Shown here: positions 25,283-37,215 of the stretch, one piece after another
Layout of the letters: each line of letters opens with the position of its first letter
Numbering within the stretch: the first letter of the stretch is position 1
Source of the DNA: Octopus bimaculoides
Taxonomy: Eukaryota
DNA: 64,000 nucleotides
Direction: 5' to 3'
Assembly (NCBI RefSeq): GCF_001194135.2
Contig: NC_068990.1
Coordinates: 56,622,075 to 56,686,074 of the forward strand
Notes under the pieces: model-generated
The model's input: the letters and a program-made list of their open reading frames with translations, nothing else
What the model was told of the DNA's origin: nothing
Database searches by the model: none
Position numbers and translations under genes: made by a program

Positions 25283-26442
25283 ATAAACATATATATATAC
25301 CTTAAACAAGATGACAGGTGGAAGGTAATCAATGTACATACATTAAACTAAATATGCATATACTATACATCCTCTCCCTAGACATGGAAACAAGTTTCTA
25401 ACAGAATTGTGTATTTAAAATAATATATATATCCATCTCACCTTTAACAGCAGGTGATATGGAAAAGAATATGACACACAAACTCTGGTATTGCCAAAAT
25501 TTAAAACAAAATGCAGCTGTAACCAAAGGAGACCAGCTGAAAATTCAAGAAATATTAATTACTATCTCACAGAGTGTAAAATCAAACTCCAATAATGAAG
25601 ATGTATGTTATATTATTAGTGAGAGGAGTAAGGCTGCAAGCCGGCAGAATCGTTAGCACACCAGGCAAAAACCTTAGTGGCATTTTGTCCACCTTACCAT
25701 TTCTGAGTTCAAATATCTGCAAAGGAATTTCAACCTTTCAGGGCTGATATAATAAGTACCAGTTGAACACTGGGGTCAATGTAATCGAATTATCCCCTCC
25801 CTCAAAATTGCTGGCCTTGTACCAAAATTTGAAATCAGTTTTAATGATAGGAGTATTTTGTATATAAACAATACTCTTGTATTGAGGCTTCAGCCACATT
25901 AGAACCATTTCGCACAGGTTTCCAGTTTAGAACCATAGCCTGCTTATATCTTTATAAAAGGCATGACACCTCCAAGAACTAGCAATATTACCTCTCTTAT
26001 ACCAGCTCACTGCCATCTATATCGCAGCTACCATTTCACCATACTCTTTGTCTTCCATTGAGTGCAGTGACAAGCTATTGATGCAGGTACTAAACTCTGC
26101 TAGTGTCTTCAGTCTACTTACTACTCACCCTGGATGGTTTTGCAGTTTGAAAGCTGAACACATTTCTTAGAAATGAGTAGCATTTATCCATTCAAATTCA
26201 TCAAAAGTCAAATTCCGCTTCGTTGTTATGTCATACTTCTTCCACCGAAGCCAATGAAATGGCTTTTTTTTGCTTCTTGTCTTAGAGTAGATGCCTTTAG
26301 CTCTGACAATGTAATTTTCATGTTTCCATTGAAGAAACATTCTAGTGACAATCTCCTTCCTAGCACATCAGATATGATGCTTTTCCTAATTGCCTCCTCA
26401 TTGATAGGTTGAGACTGTTTATCACTGTAGATAATCTACACA

Positions 26443-26620
26443 GTCATAGGCTTGGGAGCAGGAGGTGCAGGGGTGCAAGTGCTCACCTTAAGATTTTAGA
26501 TGGGGGGGTGCAATGAAATTGGTTTGAACATATTCTTAAAGATCTTCATCAGCAAAATGAACAAGAAACTGTTTTGGACTGATTTGAAACCCTACTTTTC
26601 AATCATTGGATTTAACTGAT
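26443..26620. mobile_element. Probable DNA-transposon (Harbinger-like) terminal fragment
   Basis: GC-rich end cataggcttgggagcaggaggtgcaggggtgcaagtgctcacc resembles PIF/Harbinger MITE termini. No partner TIR was seen. Confidence 0.3.
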
Positions 26621-26636
26621 TTGAATGATGTACAAG

Positions 26637-26698
<62 letters not shown>

Positions 26699-26707
26699 CA
26701 ACGATAA

Positions 26708-27095
26708 TAAAAGCAACGATACTCTGGGACTATAATTTTCAGACGGATTGTGTAATCGAACACCGTCGACCAGATATGGTCATATTGAATAAGAGAGACA
26801 AATACTGTCAGATCATTGATGTAGCCATACCAAATGAGATGAATGTTGTGAGTAAAGAGGTTGAAGGAATCACCAAGTACTCCGAATTGAAAGTGGAAGT
26901 GGCAAAACTATATGTAACGCGAGAGGGTAAGGCAACTGGAAATCCTATGCAAGACTGATGTCTTGCAAAAAGCAGACTTATTGGGCACAGCGCACATCTT
27001 AAGGAAAGTATTATCTGTCTAATGTCCTTGTTGTGATTTGACAGATGACTAAAGACTCCAGTGCATTTTTACCTACACTGTGTTATGAAGGAATA
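26708..27095 (+). mobile_element. R4/Dong-type non-LTR retrotransposon 3' end (restriction-like endonuclease domain)
   Basis: Reads KATILWDYNFQTDCVIEHRRPDMVILNKRDKYCQIIDVAIP...KYSELKVEVAKL, then after a deletion LQKADLLGTAHILRKVLSV* (stop 27020-27022). Contains the PD..D REL motif and is flanked on both sides by (AAT)n. Confidence 0.88.
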
Positions 27096-27113
27096 ACAAT
27101 AATAATAATAATA

Positions 27114-27470
<357 letters not shown>

Positions 27471-27474
27471 CTGT

Positions 27475-28010
27475 GTTTTGATAATAAGGTTGAAAAAATT
27501 TATCTTGTTTGTAAAATATTTTGGACCTGAGTTTGCACCACCAAAGCAAATTTTATTTCAGCACTTATGAATGCAGCCTATTTAGGCTGATCATACTGAT
27601 AGCATAAATTTGTGGCCAGTGTAGCTGACCACTTTGAATTGTGGGCAACCTATGCTATCCCTATCTGCTGGCTTACAGAATACTCTGTTTAAATAAGATC
27701 TTGATGACCCAATCTCATTTGTCCATGTCCAAATTGGTGCTCCAGGAAATCCAGTCAGTGCTTGTCAGCCAGTTGGCAATGACTGAGCAGGTTTATGAGG
27801 ATTTCATACATTCCTTCCCAATCAGCCATCTCTCCAAACAATCCAGAAGTACATCCAATATGGTGTTCTTATCACCTACTATCACTAAAGAGCAGGAAAT
27901 TCCAAGAAAAATTTCCAGATGTCTGAAGAAATCTTGCTGCTCAAACCTAGGCCTGAAATATTGAGCTGATTCCACTATGATACCGGTAAAAGGTTGCCTG
28001 CTCATGAAGT
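27475..28010 (-). mobile_element. L1/Tx1-clade LINE relic: AP-endonuclease C-terminal half
   Basis: Across frames the minus strand reads EQQDFFRHLEIFLGISCSLVIVGDKNTILD (GDxN motif), PIWTWTNEIGSSRSYLNRVF...CPQFKVVSYTGHKF (RSxLDR and SDH-type motifs) and WWCKLRSKI. Confidence 0.8.
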
Positions 28011-28552
28011 CACCCTCACCACTTACTTTGGTGTTGTCATTAGTCTTGATGTTGTTCTTGCTGTTGTTATTGTTGTAGCTGCTGTTGCTTTCGTTGTTGC
28101 TGCTGGTGTTGTTTTTGCTTGAGTGATTAGAAACATAGTCTTTCCCGCTGTCAGTACCACTGTTAATATTATTGATGTTGGTATTGTTCTTTTGTGCAAA
28201 TGTTCTCTCCTGAAGCCAGTAGTGGTATGAAAAGTTTTTCTTGTTATTTCTTTGCTGGATTTGATAGTGGGCATTAGTGAAATCATAATTACAAATGAGA
28301 AAAAAATATCAGACGACATCAGGCACAATTTGGCAGTCCACTTCTTCACCCAATGAAGTAGGAAATCTTTATTTAAAGTTTTAATGATAATGTACAACAG
28401 TAAACAAGTTTTTTTCAACAGAGTTTAATCAAGGGAAAGGTATTCAATGCATGTTTTAGAATTTATTCAATGCATGGTTTAGAATTTAACTTATCAAAGT
28501 TGAAGTTATATTATGTTTTCATTGACACAACAGAGTGAAAGCTAAATGTTAA

Positions 28553-28761
28553 CCCTTAGCATTCAGATTATTCTGTTGAATATAATGTTTATTTATTCAC
28601 ACTCTTTTGAATTAATCATGCATTATCTTGTAGCTTTTGGATTTCAATGATGTGATTGCTCAGTTTTAGAATGACATTGTAAGGTTGGTGTGAGTAGCTG
28701 AATCTGGCCAGTTTGAAGATAAAACAGGTAGAATCTTTTGGCTGGATTAAATGCTAAAGGT
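28553..28761. mobile_element. piggyBac-type MITE with TTAA TSD
   Basis: TTAA-cccttagcatt...aatgctaaaggt-TTAA (TTAA at 28549-28552 and 28762-28765). An empty homologous site with a single TTAA is at 32906-32909. Confidence 0.88.
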
Positions 28762-28782
28762 TTAAATGAATAAACAAGCACA

Positions 28783-28873
<91 letters not shown>

Positions 28874-30750
28874 ACACACACACACACACAGGGCTCTAGT
28901 ACTTACTGTCAAACAAAATTTGCTCCAATATGTCCAACACAAATGATAAAAAAAAGCAAATAATGGTCTCAAATTTTGGAACAAAGCCAGTAATTTTAGA
29001 GGGAGGGGCTAGAGAATTGCACGAACCCCTCTACTTAACTGGCACTTTATTTTGTGGAACCAGGAGGGATGAAAAGTAAAGGTGTCCCCAGCAGGATTCA
29101 AACTAAATTTGTTGAGAGCCAGAACAAATGCAGCAAAGCCTTTATTCCGACATTCTAAAGATTCTGCCAATACCAACAACAACAGCATCTTTAAGGATAT
29201 ATCTGTTATGCAATCAAAGACTTTCTCTTCACATCTCCCACAGGCTTTTCTCTCTTTGGATTCCTCCTTTTTACATCTCCAGCATTTTTTACTGTACTTT
29301 TAGGTGACCTTTATTTTTGCAGTGAAAGTAGGTGTACATATACATGTAGAAGTGTTTAACAAATTACCGTTATGAGATGAGGATGGAGGTTTGTCAAAGG
29401 GCAAAGATCATTAATTCATTGTATTAGCAGCTCAAGTATGTATGTATATTATCCCTTAAGGTAGACATTAGAAATTAAGCTGTACAAGTCTCTAAATGTG
29501 TTTAATTATAAAAATTATGTAATGCATGTTAATATTCAGTTACCTATTTTAGCTACGAAACATTGTATATATGTGAGCTCGTCTAACAAATTAGCCGCAT
29601 TTGGTGGAGATGCATTATCTAAGTACAAAAACAAATCTTCCATTGTTTTACTTTGATCATCTAATTATGATTTGTAACAGTATTTCTAAAGCATTTGAAT
29701 GCCAGATCAAGTGTTTGCATAATAAAGGGTAATATTCAAAGTGAAATGTTGATTGCCAATGGGACGAATATAGTTACTATTTAGCACAATCATTAATAAA
29801 TAGCATGCACTTGACTGGACTATGAATAGGGGTCATGTGTATGTCTTCCAATAACTGTTTGGAATTTGATTGTCTTAAACAGAGAAAGAAAGACTGGTTG
29901 AAGAAGAAGTAGTTGTTAGCAAGAATCAAATATCATTTAAAGTAGACCCTCGAGAAACATAACAGGTGAAACACCTTAATAACTGGACAATAGTGACAAA
30001 TTATAACCAAATATTCTTTTCCATTCAAGTGCGGCCTTCTTGATTATCGGAGATCAGAAAGTTTGATAATAATCCAGCATCCATGGGAATAGGAGATCTG
30101 ATCGGAAAACTGATGGCTAACTGTTTGTTGATCCGTGAGGGATATACAATGTAATCCAGTGTTTGGCCATGTGTGGGATCAGCTTCACTCCCGACATTTC
30201 CTTTGAGAGGCAAATCAGCTTCAGTGATTCTATTGTAAGCATTTCTTAATCCGCTTTTATTTAGCAATAAATGATTCATATCTGTCACATAGCTTTACAG
30301 TCGGTCAGTCGGGTGTACAAAGGCCACAGCAAATGACTTTAACCCTCAGCTTTTCATTGGTCACTGCTAACAGAAAAAGAGCTATAAAAATCCTACTTAT
30401 TCTCTTGTGCCTTTTGTCTTGCTAAGATATGATGCGGCATTCTAGAAGTGTGTTTTCGCAAACAATGTTGCCATTGTTTTTCATGGCTGACTTGCAGAGT
30501 ATTAGTTGAGATATTTTATGCTTTCTTTTTATAGATGCTTTCTTTCTCTATGAATTCAGTTCAAGGAAAAATTCTCTGGAAATGGTAATTTTGTGAGCCT
30601 TCATTACTTTGGTTGCTCTGATTACTTATGACTGATGACATGACATGTAAAAGCATTTATGATCAGAGAGAGTGAAAGTAAATAGCAACAGCAATGATAA
30701 TAGTGATGTTAGTAGTAGTGGTCCTAGTGATGATAGTTATAGCTATGATA

Positions 30751-30781
<31 letters not shown>

Positions 30782-31764
30782 CGACCATAATTTTCATTAT
30801 CATTATTATTATTGTCAATATCATTATCATCACGAATTTCATTGAATTAGTCACTACTGCTTTGATTACTGAGATTGGTGATGATAAAGATGATGATGTT
30901 GATCATGATATTATTGTTAGTTGGCATGGATATCACTAGTGATGATGCTAAAGGTGAATGATGATGATGACAGCAGACGTGGTGGTGGTGGTGGTGGTGG
31001 TGGTGGCAGATTGTTGGTGGTGATATGGATGATAATCATCATCATCATCATCATCATTATCATCATCATCATCACCATTATCATCATCTTCAATTGAACT
31101 TTTCAATCAGATTTATTTTAATGCTTGTGTGGATTGGATGGGTTTTTCATAAGCATATTGGTACTTGGTATGATCGATCATTCACCATCTTGCAAGAAAA
31201 CCATAAAATACTGAGACTTTATATTCCTCAGTCCTTCATTACTCAAAGCACTTCATTCAATGTCTCTCACTATCTTCTTTTGTCATACAGAGGTATTTTC
31301 TAACGATAGCCTTCATAATACTATTCATTCATTGCGTCACACAGACATTTCTTGATATATTGAAAGATGTTGTTAGTTCCATGTTTAAACTCACTTATAC
31401 TTTGTCTTACATTGAAGAAAACATTGCATATCCAACAAATTTTGTCCAAAGCAATTTTTCTTTAAACTCCATATATATAATTCACTTTCACTTCTAATGT
31501 CTCCCAACCATGCAGCATTACACTTCATACTCGTACTCTGGCAATGATAAGAACGAACACACTGATAAGGATGATGATGATGATGATGACTATTACAACC
31601 ATTATGACCATGTTAGTGATGGTTTCAGATTTTGGGGGAGGGGTTAAGTGGATTACATCAGCCCTAGTACTTGACTAGTATTTATTTCATTGACCCCTGA
31701 TAGATGAAAGACAAAGTTGACCTCAGCAGAATTTGAACTCAGAACATAAAGACAGACAAAATTC

Positions 31765-31996
31765 TCATTTCTTTATTGTCCACAAGGAGCTAAACATAGA
31801 AGGGACAAACAAGGGCAGACAAAGGGATTAAGTCAATTACATTGACCCCAGTGTGTAACTGGTACTTAATTTATCGACCCCGAAGGGATGAAAGGCAAAG
31901 TCGACCTCGGCAGAATTTGAACTCAGAACGTAATGGCAGACGAAATACCACAAAGCATTTCGCCCAGCGTGCTAATGTTTCTGCCAACTCACCGCC
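31765..31996 (-). mobile_element. SINE family B, young CpG-rich copy
   Basis: Full head (ggcggtgagttggcagaaacattagcacgctgggcgaaatgc on minus) through tail. Confidence 0.88.
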
Positions 31997-32179
31997 TAAA
32001 GACAGACAAAATTCTGCTAAGCATTTTGCCCTGCATGCTAACAATTCTGTTAGCTCACCACCTTATAATAGATAATAATAATGGTCAGGATTGTATAATA
32101 TGTATTTGTATTACGTTTATAAAAGTGAAAGGCAGCCCATAGATGTTTCTTTACATGCCATTATTTATAGTTCTATTTA

Positions 32180-32395
32180 AGGTGGCGAGCTAGCAGAATC
32201 ATTAACATACTGGGCAAAATGCTTCGCGGTATTTTGTCTGCAGCTATGTTCTGAGTTCAAATTCTGCTGAAGTCAACTTTGTCTTTCATTCTTTCAGGGT
32301 TGATAAATTAAGTACCAGTTGAATACTGGGGTTGATGTAATCGATTAGTCCCCCTCCCACAAATTTCAGGCCTTTGTGCCTATAGTAGAAAGAAT
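32180..32395 (+). mobile_element. SINE family B
   Basis: aaggtggcgagctagcagaatc...ctgagttcaaattctgctgaagtcaactttg...gtagaaagaattatt. Confidence 0.85.
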
Positions 32396-32917
32396 TATTC
32401 ATAGTACTATTTGCTTATAGTTTTATGTGCTTATAGTTCTTTGTTCCAAAAGAGAATTGTTTTATGTTCTTGTGAGGAGGTATAAATTCTTATAATGTCA
32501 ACTGTGTGCGTTTATGTGTGTATACGTAAGTACACATGTGCACACACATGCACATGCATGTACACACACATGCGTGCACACACACATACATACGTACAGA
32601 CACACACACACACACACACACACACATAAATTTCTCTGTCAGACGCATTTCTAATTGGAAATTCTCTGCATGTCCCTCTAGCATGTAAAATTTTGTAATT
32701 CCTACCAGCAAATGAAAAACGTGTAATGGTGAATAAATAAGGCAAAAAAAAAAATGTCCAATTTTCTGTTTTGTTACACATATCTAATTTGTTAGACATA
32801 CAAATGAGAGAGAAAAGTATTCAATGCAAGTTTTAGAATCTATTAATTTATAAAAGTTGAGGTTATACAGTCTCTTCAATTACACAGCAAAGTGAAAGCT
32901 AAACATTAAATGAATAA

Positions 32918-32957
<40 letters not shown>

Positions 32958-35759
32958 ACACACACATATACACACACACTTGTGTGCATAGGGCTCCAGT
33001 AGCTACTGTCAAACAAAACTTTCTCTAAAGACATTGCTTCACTCAAGGCTGTGAAAAATGATCCAGGCTAAATGTGCTGCACTGTGGGATAGAACTCTGA
33101 CAGTTACATGGTTGTCAAACGAACTAAAGGTCTTATAAAATATATTAATATCCAAATCAGAGACAGAATAACAGACCTGCAGTACATTTGAACTCACCAA
33201 CTCATGAACCAATTGTCCAATACTCAACCCAGAGGGCTACACTGTCTCTGCAACCCCCATCCATCCATCCTTCCATAAATGCATATACACATGTGTACAT
33301 TTATATACATGCGTGCAAACATGCACCCATTCATGTGCACACACATGAAGTACACAAGAAGTAACATATACGGGTCATATTGACTGAAATTACTTTTTTC
33401 CTTTATCAAGTTAATCTTGTTAAAATTCTTTGTGTCAATATTGTGCTGCAAATACAAATCTGTTTTCATTGGCAAACCTTTCCGATTGGCACAATAATTA
33501 CTATTCAAGATGGGTGCAAGGCTAATATCATGATTTTCTCGAATTAATTGTTACGACATCATTTTCTTTGCCAATTCTAACATTTCCTCGATGTCTGAGA
33601 GAGAAAGAAAGAGAAAGAGAGATAGAGAGAGAGAAAGAAAGAGAGAGAAAAAGAAGAGATTTTTACCAAGGCGTCAATATAATGATAGTCAAGACATACC
33701 AATTAGAGACACTGGAAATGCATCATTAGGATTTTAGGCATTAGACATTAGAATTGTCATCCAGAATTCTCCACAGGGAGTGTTAGAGAGCAAGTCAAAT
33801 CAAGATAATTTCCAAGGAAGGGAGAATGCAGAGCTTATGACGTCTGCGTAATAAGTTCATTCTTATCAATTAAAGCTAATCAGAGAAAGCATAGTTTACT
33901 GAACCTCACTTCCTAACACTTCTGGTGAAAATTTTGGCCAGAGAAATCACATGAAATATGTCTCATATAGGAACTCTTCATAGCTTCTTATAACACCATC
34001 TGTGTCAACATTTGATGCAAATTACCAACTAAAATACCTCTATGTTGTCGGTCAGTCTCTCGATCAGCTAAAAAAGAAAAGTCAAATCTCTCTCTCTCCA
34101 GTCCCATCCATTGGTCTTAAATTAGTAAAGGAATCAATAATGGTAGTCCTAGATACCACTAAAATATAGGATGGTTATGGCTGGAATGTTTTCATCATTG
34201 GTGCTCTTATCAGTGGTCACTTGGGGGTAAAGAAAATAAAAACAACATCCGATGATAGAATTAGTTCCTAGGTTATATGACAACATTTTTGTCTCCATCC
34301 ATTTAAGTATTTTATAAGCTAACAAAATAAATTGCAGGAAGTTTTGCTATTATATACACCTGCAACATTATGGGTCTTTATTATGTAGGAACAAAGTTAT
34401 AGCATATGCCTTGGTGCTCCTGAAACAGCTGTCAAGATAAGACTTTTATGTAGCTTCTATTATTTACTTTATTTCGTTTTTCCTTTCTCTGCATTTTGTA
34501 TTCCATGAAAATATATGCATTCAGCCTACTTGTGTTTATCTGACTTTCTGCTTTATATATATTATATATTATAGATGTATATTGAAATTGTTTCATGGAT
34601 ATTGATTTAAGATAGTCCTTTTCTTTGTATGTTGTTCAAGCATGTTGTTTATGAGATATACTGTTCCACTAATCTTTATTAGGCTTGTTTTGGATGTGCT
34701 ATCATATTCATGATGTGATGTTGATTGGGAAACAACATATCTAGTCTTCTATGTTTAGTGCATTGTCAAAATATCCTTTTTGGAATAAGCTCTTTGTTAT
34801 AAATACTATTTTGTAGCTATAAGTTATCACTATTCGTTTACTCCCATGTTCTTATTTGTGGTAATAAGTTGGTGGATTCGCAGGCAGTGTTTGTATTTTT
34901 AATGCTGTTGATGCCACTGGAATAAATGGTAATGTCTAGATATAAAAACAATAGTGATATCTACTTGGCCACTGATGATGGAAATCTACATATAATTGAA
35001 ATCTAGAACATATAATTGAAAAGTTTGCTAAACAACCACATGATTCTCAGTTTGATTCCACTGTGTGGTAACTCAACAAAGTGTCATCTACTTCATTCTT
35101 GGATTTCCAAGGGAAATTTAGACAAGAAAAAAAAAAAAACTGATATATATATATAAATATATATATATCTGTAATCACCATTTGTGCATAATATTAAATA
35201 TATACACACCTTTGAAAGGTAGATGCATTTTGCTTGTCTTAGAACATTTCAATGCTGTGCACCCATTTGTCATTTGCTAAGATGGAATTCATGATTCTAT
35301 AATTATTAGATAGGGAATAATATATTGATTTCAAATTTTAGCACAAGGCCAGTAATTTTGTTGGCGGTGTAAGTTGATTATATCGTCCCCAGTGCTCAGC
35401 TTATTTTATTGACCCCAAAAGGATGAAAGGTAAAGTCAACCTTGGTGGAATTTGAACTCAGAACACAAAGACAGGTGAAATGTTACTAAACATTTTGCCC
35501 AGCATGCTAATGATTCTGCCAGCTCACTGTTCTTGAAAAAGGAATAATAAATTAATGTATCTGTTTTTCTCATGAGTCATTGCTGTGATGGTGTTCCTTC
35601 TGCATTAATATAAATTGAATTTTTAACACAACATATGTACGAAGAGATTTTCTCTTAGATAAAATCTATAGCATCATGCCTTTCAACTGTGTATATACAT
35701 TTAGTTTGGAATGATACACAATGGTGATTTTAATTTAATGCTTCACTGTGTTCACTGAG

Positions 35760-35810
<51 letters not shown>

Positions 35811-36782
35811 TATTATCATCTTCATTTAATGCTTGTCTTCCATGCTAGTATGAGTTGAATGGTTTGACAAGAGCTGGTAAGCCAGAGGGTTGTGCCAAAC
35901 TGGGATCTCTCAATGACGATGTAAATTTTATATAATCAAGGTATCATTGGCCTGAAGAGTAGCTTGTGGACCACTCCTCATTTGGATAATTAGTACTTCT
36001 GAGGTTCCACTAGCCATGAAACATACGTAGCCTGGATTTTATCTACTTCATTCCCAAATTTTGGGATGTGTGTGTGTGTGTGTGTGTGCACGTGCACGCG
36101 TGTGTATTGACATGCAGACACATATATGCTTATTCTCACACATGCACATACACACTCCTACACGCACGCACACACACATACACATGCACACACACACACA
36201 TACATACACATACACACACAAATGCACACACATACAAACACACACATCTCATTACATTAAACCAAATTATACACAGGATCAATCAACAAACCCGTACAAG
36301 GTACAAAGTTGATTTCTAACACATCTATTGATCACAAGTATAAATTACACGAACGAAACTTTGTGTAACGACAGAATGAATCACCAACTGCTAACATATG
36401 TACATGTATACTTGGCCTTGCTAGTAAATGTTTAAGTGTCAATCAGGAAAAGATAGGATTTTCAAGCAAAGAAAGCAATCAACTAACATGCATTTTACAA
36501 ATACAGTCTGCGTGTGGAAGAGTAAAAATTCGAACTTGTAACATGTATCATTGTTGTTATGTTCATTCCGGTGAGAGAGAGCTTTGTTACTTTGTCAGAA
36601 ATCATCTCCTTCCTTTTAGGTAGAATTTTACTAATATAAAAGAAGTCCACGATCATGATCATGGTAAGAATCATTGGTGGGTTAAATGTAACCAATCAGA
36701 GAATGGCGTTTGGATCCACCGAGTCATTAGATGAGTGGAGAACGATATCAGTGTGAAAATAAAATTAAAATTAAACCCTGTA

Positions 36783-36927
36783 TATGAGAGGTGTGGCTCT
36801 GTGGTAAGAAGTTTGTTTTCCAATGACATGGTTCTGGGTAAAGTCCCACTGTGTGACACTTTGGGCAAGTGTCTTCTACTATAGCCTCAGGTCTTGTGAG
36901 TGGATTTGGTAGACAGAAACTGAAAGT

Positions 36928-36988
<61 letters not shown>

Positions 36989-37215
36989 GCATGTATTCAT
37001 GTTTGTCCACCATCATTATTTGACAACCTCTGCTGGTTTGTTTACATCCCTGTAACTTAACAGTTCAGCAAAAGGGGATAATAATATAAGTACTAGGTGC
37101 AAATGAAAAGATTCAGTACTGGGGTCGATGTGTTTGACTAAAAGCCTTCAAGGTGGTGCACCACAGTGGCTACAGTCCAATGACTGAAACAAGAGAAAGA
37201 TAAAAGAGAAAACAA
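36783..37215 (+). mobile_element. SINE family A, full length
   Basis: Head, (TG)n core and tail are present. Confidence 0.85.

Noticed and set aside
34400-35010. Possible GIY-YIG/LINE relic with ctgatgatgg...gaaa near 34975
   Set aside because: Too degenerate, and no stem II can be formed between the core motifs.
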